From the NCBI GenBank assembly GCA_964016885.1, contig OZ024757.1, positions 5,642,001 through 5,706,000 of the forward strand: DNA of 64,000 nucleotides, in the 5' to 3' direction. This document shows, one piece after another, positions 41,544-53,320 of the stretch (within the stretch, counting starts at the first letter, position 1; every line of letters begins with the position of its first letter). Position numbers and translations under genes: made by a program. This DNA comes from Eledone cirrhosa. Taxonomy: Eukaryota. A model generated the notes under the pieces. The model worked only from the letters and a program-made list of their open reading frames with translations, was not told the DNA's origin and searched no databases.

Positions 41544-41972
41544 ATTAATATAGACATTAAGTAAATCTTTGTCAACTTACCTCCTTCACATATAATCAAT
41601 GTATTGTGTTGTTAGTTGTTACTAAACAACCAAAGAAATAATCTCTTTGTTATCAAATTAGAAGTTTCAATGTTATCAGCTTTATTTCACGACATTAACG
41701 TTGGTGTATCTTCTTCATCTTTAGTCATAAATTGATATCTTGTCAGAATGAATTAGTGAGGCTGACTTTATGTCTTTAGCTACAGATTTGATAGGAAATA
41801 TATATATATTAGGTTGATATGTGGTCTAAAATATATATATTGTCTATAAATGACTGATAGCAGATGTTCTGGTGAAATAGTAGTTTTACTACTACAGATT
41901 GTAATGGAACTCTTAGTAGACACAACTGTAAAGTAAGAATAGATATGACAGTGTAAGACTGATGTCGGGGAA

Positions 41973-42030
<58 letters not shown>

Positions 42031-42291
42031 TATAATTGTTACACAAGATATAATTTGATTAATTAAAGTTATAATGAAGACAGCAGGTACGCGGTGTCGT
42101 TGAGAATGTTTCAACTCTCTTAACGGTGTCACTATTTAAAAGTCCCTGATATAATTTAATACCTTCAGACACAGTTCCAATCGTATTTAATTAATTGTAA
42201 ATCAGAAAGTATCACTCAATAAAATATCAATAAGAAAACCTCTACGTAGTCTCTCTCACTGCTAGAAATATCAGTGATATTATCCATTACA
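41544..42291 (-). other. Paralogous block (copy 2) with putative 5'-UTR exon 41581-41779 of the 22-finger gene
   Basis: Duplicate of 14379-15090 with the same acceptor and gag|gtaagt donor. Confidence 0.55.
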
Positions 42292-42738
42292 ACTGCTCTC
42301 TCTATATATATACGAGTATATATATGTACACACACACACATATATGTATGTATGTATATGTGTATATATGGGTATGTATGAGTGTGTCTGTGTGTTTGCA
42401 CGTATGTATGGTGTGTATATGTGTACATAAGGTTTTCGTATATGTATGTTTGGTGAACATATGTGTATTTACCTGTAGGTATGTGTGAGTGTGCGTTCTA
42501 TACGCATTTATGCGTGTATATTTATATATGTGTATATAATTATATATATATACACACACACAAACAAACATATATTTATATATGTATTTGGTGTATACGT
42601 TCGTGTGCAGGTATATGTGCCGCCCCGGTTTACTTCCGTGTGCGCGTGTTTATGTGTACGTGCATATATATGCATGCATGGCGTGAGTTTTCGCATATGC
42701 ACGTGTATAAATGTGTGTATGCATATATTTAATTATTA

Positions 42739-43895
42739 CTAGCAGCAGGACCCGGCGTAGCACGGGGTAGGAAACATGAAATAGCAACACGCATATGCCA
42801 AGATTGAGGAATGTAGCTGTGTACTTTTGAATTCATTTATTCTCAGGGAATGATTGTTCATCTACTGGAAACGTAGAACACCAGCAGGAAGAATCCAGTA
42901 GTAGCGGTGTCAGTGGGTTGATTGCGGAAATCCTGTATGCCAAAAGAGTAAGTAAGTGTTGTAGGGCGATGTATGTCGTAAGTCTGTTCACAAATTACGT
43001 CTCAGTTGGGGAACACACGTCAGTCTGAAGGAGCGACGTAGTCAATAGTGTGAAAACCAAGTAGGTATGTACATTTAAGTAGGGATATTAAGATGACGAA
43101 ATCAGCGTGGCAACGCAGCTGCAGCAGAAGGGGGTCATAGTGCAATTAGCACAAACACTGGGCGGCACTGGTTTACACAGCAACAAAGGTGCGACAAAAG
43201 GAGTCAGTGTGGAATTAGCACAACCGCTGTTCAGCGTACTTGCGCAGGACGTTCATGCTGCAGTGTAGGTGCAACAAAAGGGGTTTTAGTAGAAGTAGCA
43301 CAGGCGTGAGTTTTACGGTGTCAATAACACGGCAACGTACACAGGGCCCGGATTTGTGCGTGATGAAAGTACGAAGCGTCAACAGGGTGCTGACAAATAT
43401 TTTAAGGTCCTCCTCATTTCCTCAACCCCAAGAAAATGATCCTGCTTAAAAGTAAGTAAGTGTTGTGTCGTCTGTTAAATAAACTAAATTTTTCGACGAA
43501 ATATTATACGTTATTTACGATGTTTAAGTAGTGTTTAAATTGAAAATGAAAAAGGGCAAATTATGCCCAATGCTAATTCGTGAATTTCCTAGAAACCATT
43601 AACAGAATCGGAGATCTTTTTGTCCACAGTAATGTGAGAGGACTAACGAATGTGTGCTGCAAATTTTGAGGAAATCGGTTGGATTATATTTAAGTAACGC
43701 CTCAAAAAAGACTAAAAATGCCTAAAAGATGCGGTTTTTCGCCTAATGCGGACCCTAGGGCAGCAAAAGTTAAATTTTTTTTAGCCCATTGCACTTCAAG
43801 AAATATAAGTAACGTATGTGTAATGTTCGAATAAGTCGGTTGGGTACTTCTAGAGTTTTAGGGATTTACACAGACATTTTGTTTTATATACATAT
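42739..43895 (-). mobile_element. Non-autonomous Helitron with long unique interior
   Basis: 3' hairpin ccccgtgctacgccggg then CTAG|T; 5' end similar to the other two Helitrons but eroded. Confidence 0.75.
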
Positions 43896-44078
43896 ATATA
43901 ATAAATACAATATCGGAGAAAGTTTTTTAGCGATACTCCGGCCAAATTCCAACTCACTCAACAAACATTAGGAAATAAATGATTATATTCCCAATTATGT
44001 GTTCGGGGTGCTAACTAAAAGTATTGCGTGGAAAATTGGCTGTATTATTTCAAATGAGACATATCTAATATATCTCTT

Positions 44079-44205
44079 CCCAGACGGACGTCTCGTTTCA
44101 TTATAGGACTCCTACAATTTGGGTGAAATTATACCAGTTTATGTAGGAGCTTGTATACCATCAATAGATATATATTCAAGTGGGCTCCTATAATTCATCA
44201 GTGGG
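44079..44205 (-). ncRNA. Type I hammerhead ribozyme with branched stem II
   Basis: ccca-CTGATGA-attatagga...tcctataat-GAAA-cg(agacgtc)cg-TC-tggg. Confidence 0.7.
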
Positions 44206-44366
44206 GCCCAATAATATAATACTAATATTGATAATCTAACCATCATCAGCATTTAGCGATAATCACGTCCAACTCTTGCTAGCAGGGAAAGTGGACATTT
44301 AAAACAACAACCTGCAAAATTTTATATAGACTTTAGTCTATTTCCATGCCAGTATGGATTGAATGT

Positions 44367-44415
44367 GTGTCACTGATGAAAGATTAACAAATCTTGAAAC
44401 AACACTGTCTGGCAT
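44367..44415 (+). ncRNA. Canonical compact type I hammerhead ribozyme (GUC site)
   Basis: gtgtca-CTGATGA-aagatt(aaca)aatctt-GAAA-ca(acac)tg-TC-tggcat; all three stems pair. Confidence 0.85.
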
Positions 44416-45290
44416 CCCTGTTATATATTATTAGAGGAAAATAGAGACAAATAAATTGCTTTGTTACGAAAAAATAATTTTCTTTGATAGCAAGTCTACT
44501 AAAATGAACATGTTTTCATCTACACCTCTATAAGGAGTAAGATAGAAATCTGATTTTATTTTATTGCATCTCTCCCTCTCTTTTTCTTGCTCTATCTCTC
44601 CCCCCTCTCTCTCTCTCTTACTTGCTGTGTCTCTCTCCCACTTCTACTCACTGAATTCCTATACAAGGTTCTCTTATTCCATTGTTTACTTTCAACTACT
44701 CCCAGTATGTGAGTGGCCAGAAGTAAATAAAAGTTTGAGAAACTTGTTGAAACTATAAAACGAATGAAATGGTAAAAATGCATTACATAATGGAGTTGTG
44801 AAACAAAAACTATATTTTAAACGACACTTAAAACATTTTAAACATCAAAATATTAAAACTTCATAAATATATTTAATACTCATGAGTATTTCAAAACCAC
44901 ACAATCTAAACATAATGTGTTGATTAGCTACCTCAGCTTATAAACGGGTTTTCGATTTTTGCCCATTTCTCAGGCATAAAATAGGAGTTTAGATTATATT
45001 TAGATCAGTTGATATTTGAGTATATATGGTATTTTCTCTGTTATGTCTAATTTAGGGAAAATAGAAAAAATAGAGAGGATAACAAAATATCAAATTCTGG
45101 ATATCACTATATATGATTATCACATTGCTTTAGATTCAGCAACCCTAAGAAAAAGATGAACCATTATATTAATGACTTTCTGTTTCTATTTCAAATGACA
45201 TAAACTCATAAGCTCGGAATTTTACACGCACACACACACACACATACATAAAAAAAGAAGAAATTAAAAGATGGTTAAAAAAGTTCCATA

Positions 45291-45360
45291 TACTTTATTA
45301 TGCGCATTTCGAAAACAACATCATCCTGCGACAAAAATTGTGTTCTCATCAGATAAAATA
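45291..45360 (-). ncRNA. Minimal type I hammerhead ribozyme, same family as 33354/34818
   Basis: tattttat-CTGATGA-gaacacaat...gttgttttc-GAAA-tgcgca-TA-ataaagta. Confidence 0.8.
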
Positions 45361-45518
45361 AGGTAACATGGTATGAGGCCTAAAAACACTTGTCAACAGG
45401 AAAGTGTCATGTCTACATATGACAGAAATATAAGAGTAAGAACAAGATAGGAAAATAGAAGGAAAGAAGGAGAAAAAGGAAAACGAAAGAGAGGAGAGGA
45501 AAAACAAAGGAAAAAGAA

Positions 45519-45574
<56 letters not shown>

Positions 45575-46259
45575 CTTTTGATCAGGAACGCTGTTAAAAT
45601 GAAACAAGCTGTAAATAACGGTTAAAAAGTAAATTGATGAGGTGTATGTGCGATAAAATAAAGCGGTCGATAAAATAAAGTACCAGTAATGCACTGGTTA
45701 ATTGCTGGCCTTGTGCCAAAACGTAGAAACAATTATAGATGGTATTCAAATATTAGAGGTCTAAAATATAGAAACTGGGTATATTATTTTATATTGGGTT
45801 TAAATACTAAAAATTGGATTAAGAAGTGTAAAAATGTATTAATAAAATAAAATAAAAAAAAATAAAATAAAATTAAAATAAGTATAAAACAGATTTTTTA
45901 TAAAATAACATTAAATTAAAAAATAAAAATAGTCTATCTATGTCAAAATTAAAAATGTCTATAAAAAAATCTATATATGTGGGTATTTAATTATTATTTT
46001 ATATCAACAATTAAAGGAAATTGCTAGAATGATTTATAAAGGTAGAAAGACGTATGACGTCATCGAATGTTTGAACGAAAATCTAAGGCTATCGAAAAAG
46101 GGTGAAAGGTTTAAAATATGCTGAGAAACTGAATTAATACATTGTAGAATATATTGAAATATGTGTAAAAATAATATGTGTAAAAAATTAACCGTTATTC
46201 GTGGAATATGTTATAGGACATTAGCTATATACTTTGTGAAAGTGTGTATATATATACTG

Positions 46260-46339
<80 letters not shown>

Positions 46340-46361
46340 GAATATAAATAAATATATATAA

Positions 46362-46410
<49 letters not shown>

Positions 46411-46448
46411 TTTATTTATATATCAATCATCTTTTAACATATATATGT

Positions 46449-47130
46449 GGCATACGTCAAGACGGGCGGTCAGAAAACTGAAAGTAAATTTATTTTCATT
46501 TTCGAACGTCGTGTTTACATTTTGTGTGTGTTTAGATCTAAATTAATGTCGTTTTAACTGATTATATATATATGTCTATGTTTGTGTGTGTGTGTAGTTG
46601 ACGGTTGAGAGAAGAGTACTCAATACCGAAGTAATCTTGTAATGAGGCTTGCAGAATGGTGAGTCCGCCATTCTAGACGCTGCTGCCTTGTAGAAGTCCC
46701 AAATCGAAGCTCTGACACTCTCGTCCCCATCATTCAGCAGGGATTTTGCCAGGCAGCCGCATCATCTCCGTTGGTTGGGCTTCCTATTTGGAAATTGAAG
46801 GTGGGATTTACGTTCATGATGTTGTGGTGCACGAACGGAACTTTGTAGATCCTACGGACCCTGATGTGCACACACAGCTCATAGAGAACACATGGAGCCG
46901 TGCAAAGAAGAAGCTTCGTCACCAGCATGTGCAAGTCTCATTACAAGATTACTTCGGTATTGAGTACTCTTCTCTCAACCGTCAACTACACACACACATA
47001 TACATATATATATAATCAGTTAAAACGACACTAATTTATATCTAAACACACACACAAAATGTAAACACGACGTTCGAAAATGAAAATAAATTTACTTTCA
47101 CTTTTCTGACCGCCCGTCTTGACGTATGCC
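46449..47130 (+). mobile_element. Merlin (IS1595-like) deletion derivative with ~205-bp TIRs
   Basis: Termini GGCA...TGCC, 8-bp TSD atatatgt; internal PGSRIISVGW..Y...HERNFVDP..VHTQLIENTW transposase piece. Confidence 0.9.
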
Positions 47131-47154
47131 ATATATGTGTATATAAAATATAGA

Positions 47155-47229
47155 CAGGGTCTCCCCAAAAATGTATACACACGTCAACTACAATCTATGT
47201 AAGTGTGTATACATTTTTGGGGTACACTG
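47155..47229. mobile_element. 75-bp Tc1/mariner-type mini-MITE
   Basis: cagggtctccccaaaaatgtatacacac / gtgtgtatacatttttggggtacactg inverted ends. Confidence 0.65.
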
Positions 47230-48055
47230 TAATATACATATCATGTAAGGTGACTCCTACATGTGTATAAATAAATATACATGTATTTTATTAACAATTT
47301 TGTGTAGATTCTGTTCTGTGTCCCAGGTTCATGTAGCTGTTGGGCATAAGTTCCATATCACCAAAAACTGCCTTTAAACACATGTCAGATGGATTACAAT
47401 ATTCATTATTACAAATACTTTGACTGTTCCCTGACAACTAGTACCAGCTTCAATATAGAATTATTTTAACAAAGTAGATTTGATTTGATTTGATTTTCGC
47501 CAACAAACCACGTGTGGTCATGGACGGGGGAAATAAACAACAAATCACTACATCCCTTAGGGATTGCAGTAAGTACTTCACAAAATCTATAAACAACAAT
47601 ATACACACATATTTATATACAGATACATACCACATGCATATACACACAAGTGAAAAGAAACCACACTATTTCATGTGAGACACTATACCGGCCAATCTTA
47701 CGTACATTTGTAAAATATTTCTGGACATTGACTTCGCTTCTAACCCACATACACCTTTTAATTATATATATATATATATAATTATATATCCGTGTGCAGA
47801 TCTTGTTGCATACACACACACATAATACATAGTAACACAGAAACAGAAATACAAAAACAAAACCCAAACAAACATTTATCTCGTTAACTCACGCAGCATA
47901 TTTATTTGTTTCATGCACAGACTCTTCTGTACACACACATCATTTAGGAAAACGGAAACAAAATACACAAAAAAACAAACATAAACAGACATTTTATTTC
48001 TATCGTAATCAAGTGCGCTAAACCTATATTGTTTACATTCTATGTTTTTCTCCGG

Positions 48056-51000
48056 ATGGATAGAAATAACAAAATTGCCATGGTGATATCCATGGATGAA
48101 GTATGCGACAAAACTGGTCGATGTTCCAAAATAGAACATTGCCCAGAAAATCACATCTGCCATATCTGTACGGAACCCGAAGACTCGTTCCGTAATCACT
48201 GGGTCGAATGTGGAACCTGTCACATCTCTGTCTGCCTTCAATGCGCCACAGGCTTCCGGAGGATCCCAGGCCCAAAAAAGAGACATCATAATGCTATGAT
48301 GGATGGAATCTGGGAGATGGTCCAGCTAAAATTTTGGTCCTTTCAGTGCCTGGACTGTATGCCTGCCTCCACTAATGTTATTGAAAAACAACAACAACAA
48401 CAACAGCAACCGATGACTGTATCTCCCTCCACCATTGTTACTGAACAACTGCAAAAACCTATGACACTGGCTTCTGCTGCTATTCCTGTGGGATAACATC
48501 AGAAACAACAACAACCCATGTCTTCCACTCCCAGTACATCTCGACACCAACAACCGGCGACTGTGTCTTCCCCTACCATTCCCGTGAAGGAACAACACCA
48601 ACAACAACAACAACAACAACAACCGACCAGTATAGATTTTGCAGAATTGCAACTAATGATTTCTGCTTTAAGAAGGGAAGTAACAGGAATAAAGGCAAGC
48701 ATTCGGGTAGGACCCCACAATGAGGAATCTTATCGGAATGCCTTGCTAAAGAATCTCCCTGTACCTCTTGCCGTATCTGGGCACACTGAAAAGACTGCGG
48801 AATCTGCTACCCATGAAGTAATTGCCATTGGGGTACCAGAGGACAAGGCTGATCTTCAGGCATTTGCTGCCAGCTCAGCCAAAGACCTAGGCTGTGTTCC
48901 CCCAAAGGGTGCTCTCCGCATTGGCCGACCTGGTCCAAAACCCAGACTCATCAGGCTGTCTTTTTCGGACCCCACTGAGGCAATCTCATACCATCTGGCC
49001 TCTGTTAAAGCTGGGCGTGAAAATCGGATTACCAAGCCTACCACCCCATGTACGTCCAAAGCTACGTGCTGCAGCTTCCTTGAATCGGAACTCAGCACAA
49101 CATGAAAGTTTTAGTCTGCGTGGTGATGGACAGATCTAGAGGTTTGTTAAGGCTGGTGTAACGTGGAAGAGAGATACCAGCTGGTCTGAGTGTGATCTAC
49201 CCACAATAACTGGCAATGAAAAAAACTGCAACAACTCTGGGAAACTAAACCAGAACAACCTGCCACCCTCTACACACCATCATAAACTGCAAGCAGGGTA
49301 CAAATTGTTGTCCTTAAATGCTCGTATTTTTATGCAACAAGATACATCTGTTTGACTCCTACGTCAGAAGCATCGACCCTGACTTCATCACAGTCATAGA
49401 AACATGGGCACATTCCTTACTCTGTGATGGGGTTTTCAGCATTACTGGGTACAACCTTTTCTGCAAGGACCGCATTAATCGCCGTGGTGGTGGTGTGATG
49501 GTCTACGTTCGTTCAAACTTTTCGATAATTCCTTGCGTTGATTTGAACGAATCACAAGAAGAAATTTTATTTTGTGACCTACGCATGACCATGTCAATAC
49601 TTCTGCTTGGTGTTGTTTATCGCCCCCCCCCCCCAAAAAAAATACCACCAGGACACACAGCTTTGCGATATCCTCAGAGTTGCTGCCAAGAAAACAGCCA
49701 CTTATGTGTTTATTGCAGGTGACTTCAATCATCCTGAGATCGATTGGGAAACCTTTCGTTGGCCACAAGGTGCAAACGATATCCTTGAACTAGTGCTGGA
49801 CTGAAACTGGTCACAAGTAGTCACCTCTCCAACAAGAGGTGACAACACTTTGGACCTGATCTTCACCACTACTCCTGAAGTGGTTATCAGTTGTTCTACT
49901 GAGGAACCTCTAGGCGACTCTGATCATGCTATGATCATTGCCAATCTGGCACTTGCGGGCAGCAACAAAAATCAGAGCCATCTCCAATCTGCTTGCTTTG
50001 ATTGGAAGAAAGCAGATTGGAACTTGTACTGCACTGAGCTACAGCGCCCAGACTGGCATGAGATGTATAACTCTGGAGATGTGAACACTATACTCCAGAG
50101 CATCCTGGACTCAATATGGATAGCGTGTGCAGCATCGGTGCCACGTAAACAGAAAAAAAAACACCCCAAAAGTGCAATTTGGGAAACTTCAGCGTCTGAC
50201 TTGCCAGGAAAGAATGTTGGGACGCTGAACGGGAATATAAACTGCATAGATCAGATGCCAACAGAAAAAGCGGAATAAATCTTCTAACCATCTCAAGCAA
50301 GTGACAAAGAAGGCAGTGCTTGAATTTGAACAGTGCGTAGCAACCAATCCTGACAGTAAGGTGTTCTGGAAATATGTTCATTCAAAGCAGCGACCTCACT
50401 CTCCAGTTGGTCCTCTTCGCAATCCCCACACAAGCCAGATCACTGACGATCCCAAAGAATGCGCAGAACTCATTGCTGAGTGCTATGCAAGTATTTTTAC
50501 TGTTGAAAACCAGAATGTACCATCTCCACCATCAAATTCCATAACAACTATGGAATTTACACCTGCAATGTTGCGACGTCACCTTAAGAATAAGCGCAAC
50601 TATGCCTCCCCTGGTCTTGATGGTGTGACATACCTGCTTCTCAAACGTGGCGAGTATTTCCTTTTGCACCAGCTTTCTTTCTTCTTTCAATACTGTCTCA
50701 ACAATGGTGCTACTCCGGAGCAGTGGAAAACTGCCAGTGTCATTCCCCTGTTCAAAAAGGGCAACCGCATGTCACCTGTCAACTATCGTCCAGTCAGTCT
50801 TACTAGCTTTATGGCCAAACTGTCGAATCCTGTGTCAGAGAAACACTTTGGAACTTCTGGAGCTCTCACAGCCTCATCCGGCCCTCACAGTTTGGATTTA
50901 TTCCTAACTCCAGCTGCTGTGATCAGCTTATCGAGTTCCTTGAAGACATCACCCGGATCACTGACAACGCCTCATGGGTGGATGTTGTTTACCTTGACTT

Positions 51001-52201
51001 TGCTAAGGCTTTTAATTCTGTGCCACATAAAAGACTTATGGCAAAACTCTCTGCAATGGGTGTGAGGGATGATCTTTAGAACTGGTTGAAATCCTTCATT
51101 CTCAGCCGAAAATAGGTAGTCACGGTTCTAGGACAGCATTCTTCACCATATGAGATGTCATCTGGTGTACCACAGGGATCTGTTCTTGGTCCCCTTTTGT
51201 TTGTGGCATATATTAATGACATACATGCCAACTTAAAGAATGCCATGGTACTGAAATATGCAGATGACATCAAGCTGTACCTTGAAATCAAAAGGACTGA
51301 TCCTGAAATCTACAACTCTTTCCTACAATCAGACCTGGACACAATGCAGCAATGGATCACAGACTGGCAACTGAAGCTGGCTGTGGACAAGTGTACCACC
51401 ATGCACTTTGGGAGGAAAAATCCAGCGTCCACATACTCCCTCCACAACACTGATATCAAGAAGTCCTCTTGTGAACGTGACCTGGGCATTACTGTCAGCA
51501 ACGATTTACGTTGGACAAAGCATGTCTCTAAGATTGTCAAGAGGGCCGAGGGTGTTTGGCATCACTCAGCAAGACCTTTGTTATCCGCTCTCCAGCCATC
51601 TATTTAAAACTGTATACAGCTATGGTACGACCACACTTGGAATTCGCATCATCAGTCTGGAACCCCTATATTGCTCGGAACATTGACCTCCTGGAAACTG
51701 TTCAGAGACGTGCAACCAAGCGCATACCCTCCATCAGACACCTACCATACTCTGAACGCCTTGCTTCCCTGGGCATGGATTCATTGAAGCTCCGACGTTT
51801 GGCAATGGACTTGGTAAACACCCACAAAGGTATTAACCATCTCGCCAATTACAACCCTGAGCACCATTTTGATCTCCATGTGTCTAACACACGTGGACAT
51901 GCCTACAAAATCAGAAAACAGCACAGCTCCCATGACTTTCGTAAACATTTTTTCACGCTCAGAGTTGCTGAAGCATGGAACAAACTGCCTGCGTCAGTTG
52001 TTAGCTGCCGAGACACTGCATCCTTTAAGACACTCATGCTTCCCGAAATACGCCAAAGCTACACTTGATGTACCCCTTCCATACACATGCGTGTAGCATG
52101 ACTCATGCACTGTTCATTTTCCTGACGTTTGTACATTACTCTATGTACTATACATACACTTTTGATGAGTTGTAGTGCACCTGAGCACTGTACACAATAT
52201 T

Positions 52202-52225
<24 letters not shown>
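48056..52225 (+). mobile_element. Near full-length decayed CR1-group LINE (ORF1 PHD + polyQ; ORF2 APE-RT)
   Basis: ORF1 48056-~49105 with one in-frame TAA at 48494; ORF2 fragments GDFN, SDH, YRPVSLTS, SGVPQGSVLGP, YADD, VRPHLE, TRGH, WNKLP; (ATT)n tail. Confidence 0.92.
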
Positions 52226-52233
<8 letters not shown>

Positions 52234-52455
52234 TAATATAAGAAACGATTACACACGAGAGAGTGTGTTTATAAACGTACAGGCAATATATTTATATTTT
52301 AAATTATATTAGGGACTTTTAACGTATGACACTGGTCAAAAACCGGAAAGGGAAACATTGTCAACGACCTGCTATCTTAATTATAACTTTCATTAATCTA
52401 ATTATATTTTATATAGTAACGAAAACGTATCTAGCAACGAAAACAATGGGTGAGG

Positions 52456-52665
52456 GTGAGGGACAGACACTATATTCCAGTCTGAGCTGTGATTCAGCCC
52501 CACCCTACAGACAAAGTGACAAAGGTGTTACCACAAAGAATAGCCAGAGACACCCACTGCAACATCCACCCCACCTCATGGGACTCCTTCCTCAAGTGGG
52601 CTCTTGTCTTTCTAATTTTGAGAAGGAAATCAGCAGTGTGGGGACAGAGAGGAAGTGGTTGGTTA
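52456..52665. repeat. Unclassified ~210-bp dispersed repeat (copy 1; copy 2 at 61157-61370)
   Basis: Direct similarity between the two copies. Confidence 0.8.
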
Positions 52666-52704
52666 GGCAGCACAGCAGAAATTGAGAGGAAGAGTGCTAC
52701 TGTT

Positions 52705-53228
52705 ATACACCGTTTCCAGTCACAGGAAGGATCTGTAGATGTGGTTGATAGCTTCTGCTATCTAGGTGACCTAATCAGCAGCAGAGGAGGGTATGCCAAG
52801 TGTAGAGTGGCTTGAATAAGGATAGGATGGAAGTTTAGTGAACTACTACTGCTGATAACATAAGGTTTCTCCCTACACAAAAAAGGAAGGGTATATAAAG
52901 CCTGTGTGAAGTGCACAATACTGCATGGTAGAGAAACATGGGCTGTGACTGCAGATGATGCGATTAGACTGGAGAAAAATGAAGCAACCATGTTTTGTTG
53001 GATCTGCAACGTATATGTTAGAGAAATACAGAGCTTGGAGAAATCCTAGTGGAAGGAAGCTGCAAGAGAGGATGACCAAGAAAGTCAGGGGCAAATGTTG
53101 TGAGAGCTTAACTCAAATTGTGAATACTGGAAGAGGAGATGACGAAGGAACGCATCTAGTGGAGAGATGTCGTGCTAAGAAGGACCCGTCCAACCCATGC
53201 AAGCATGGAAAAGTAGTGTAATGATGAT
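52705..53228 (+). mobile_element. Old RTE 3' fragment
   Basis: [16 protein letters not shown] remnants; terminal cgtccaacccatgcaagcatgg. Confidence 0.7.
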
Positions 53229-53320
53229 ACACAAAATATACACTATATATATACATACGTATATAGTATGTGCTACATATACACAAAAATATACACTAAA
53301 TATATACATATAAATACTAT

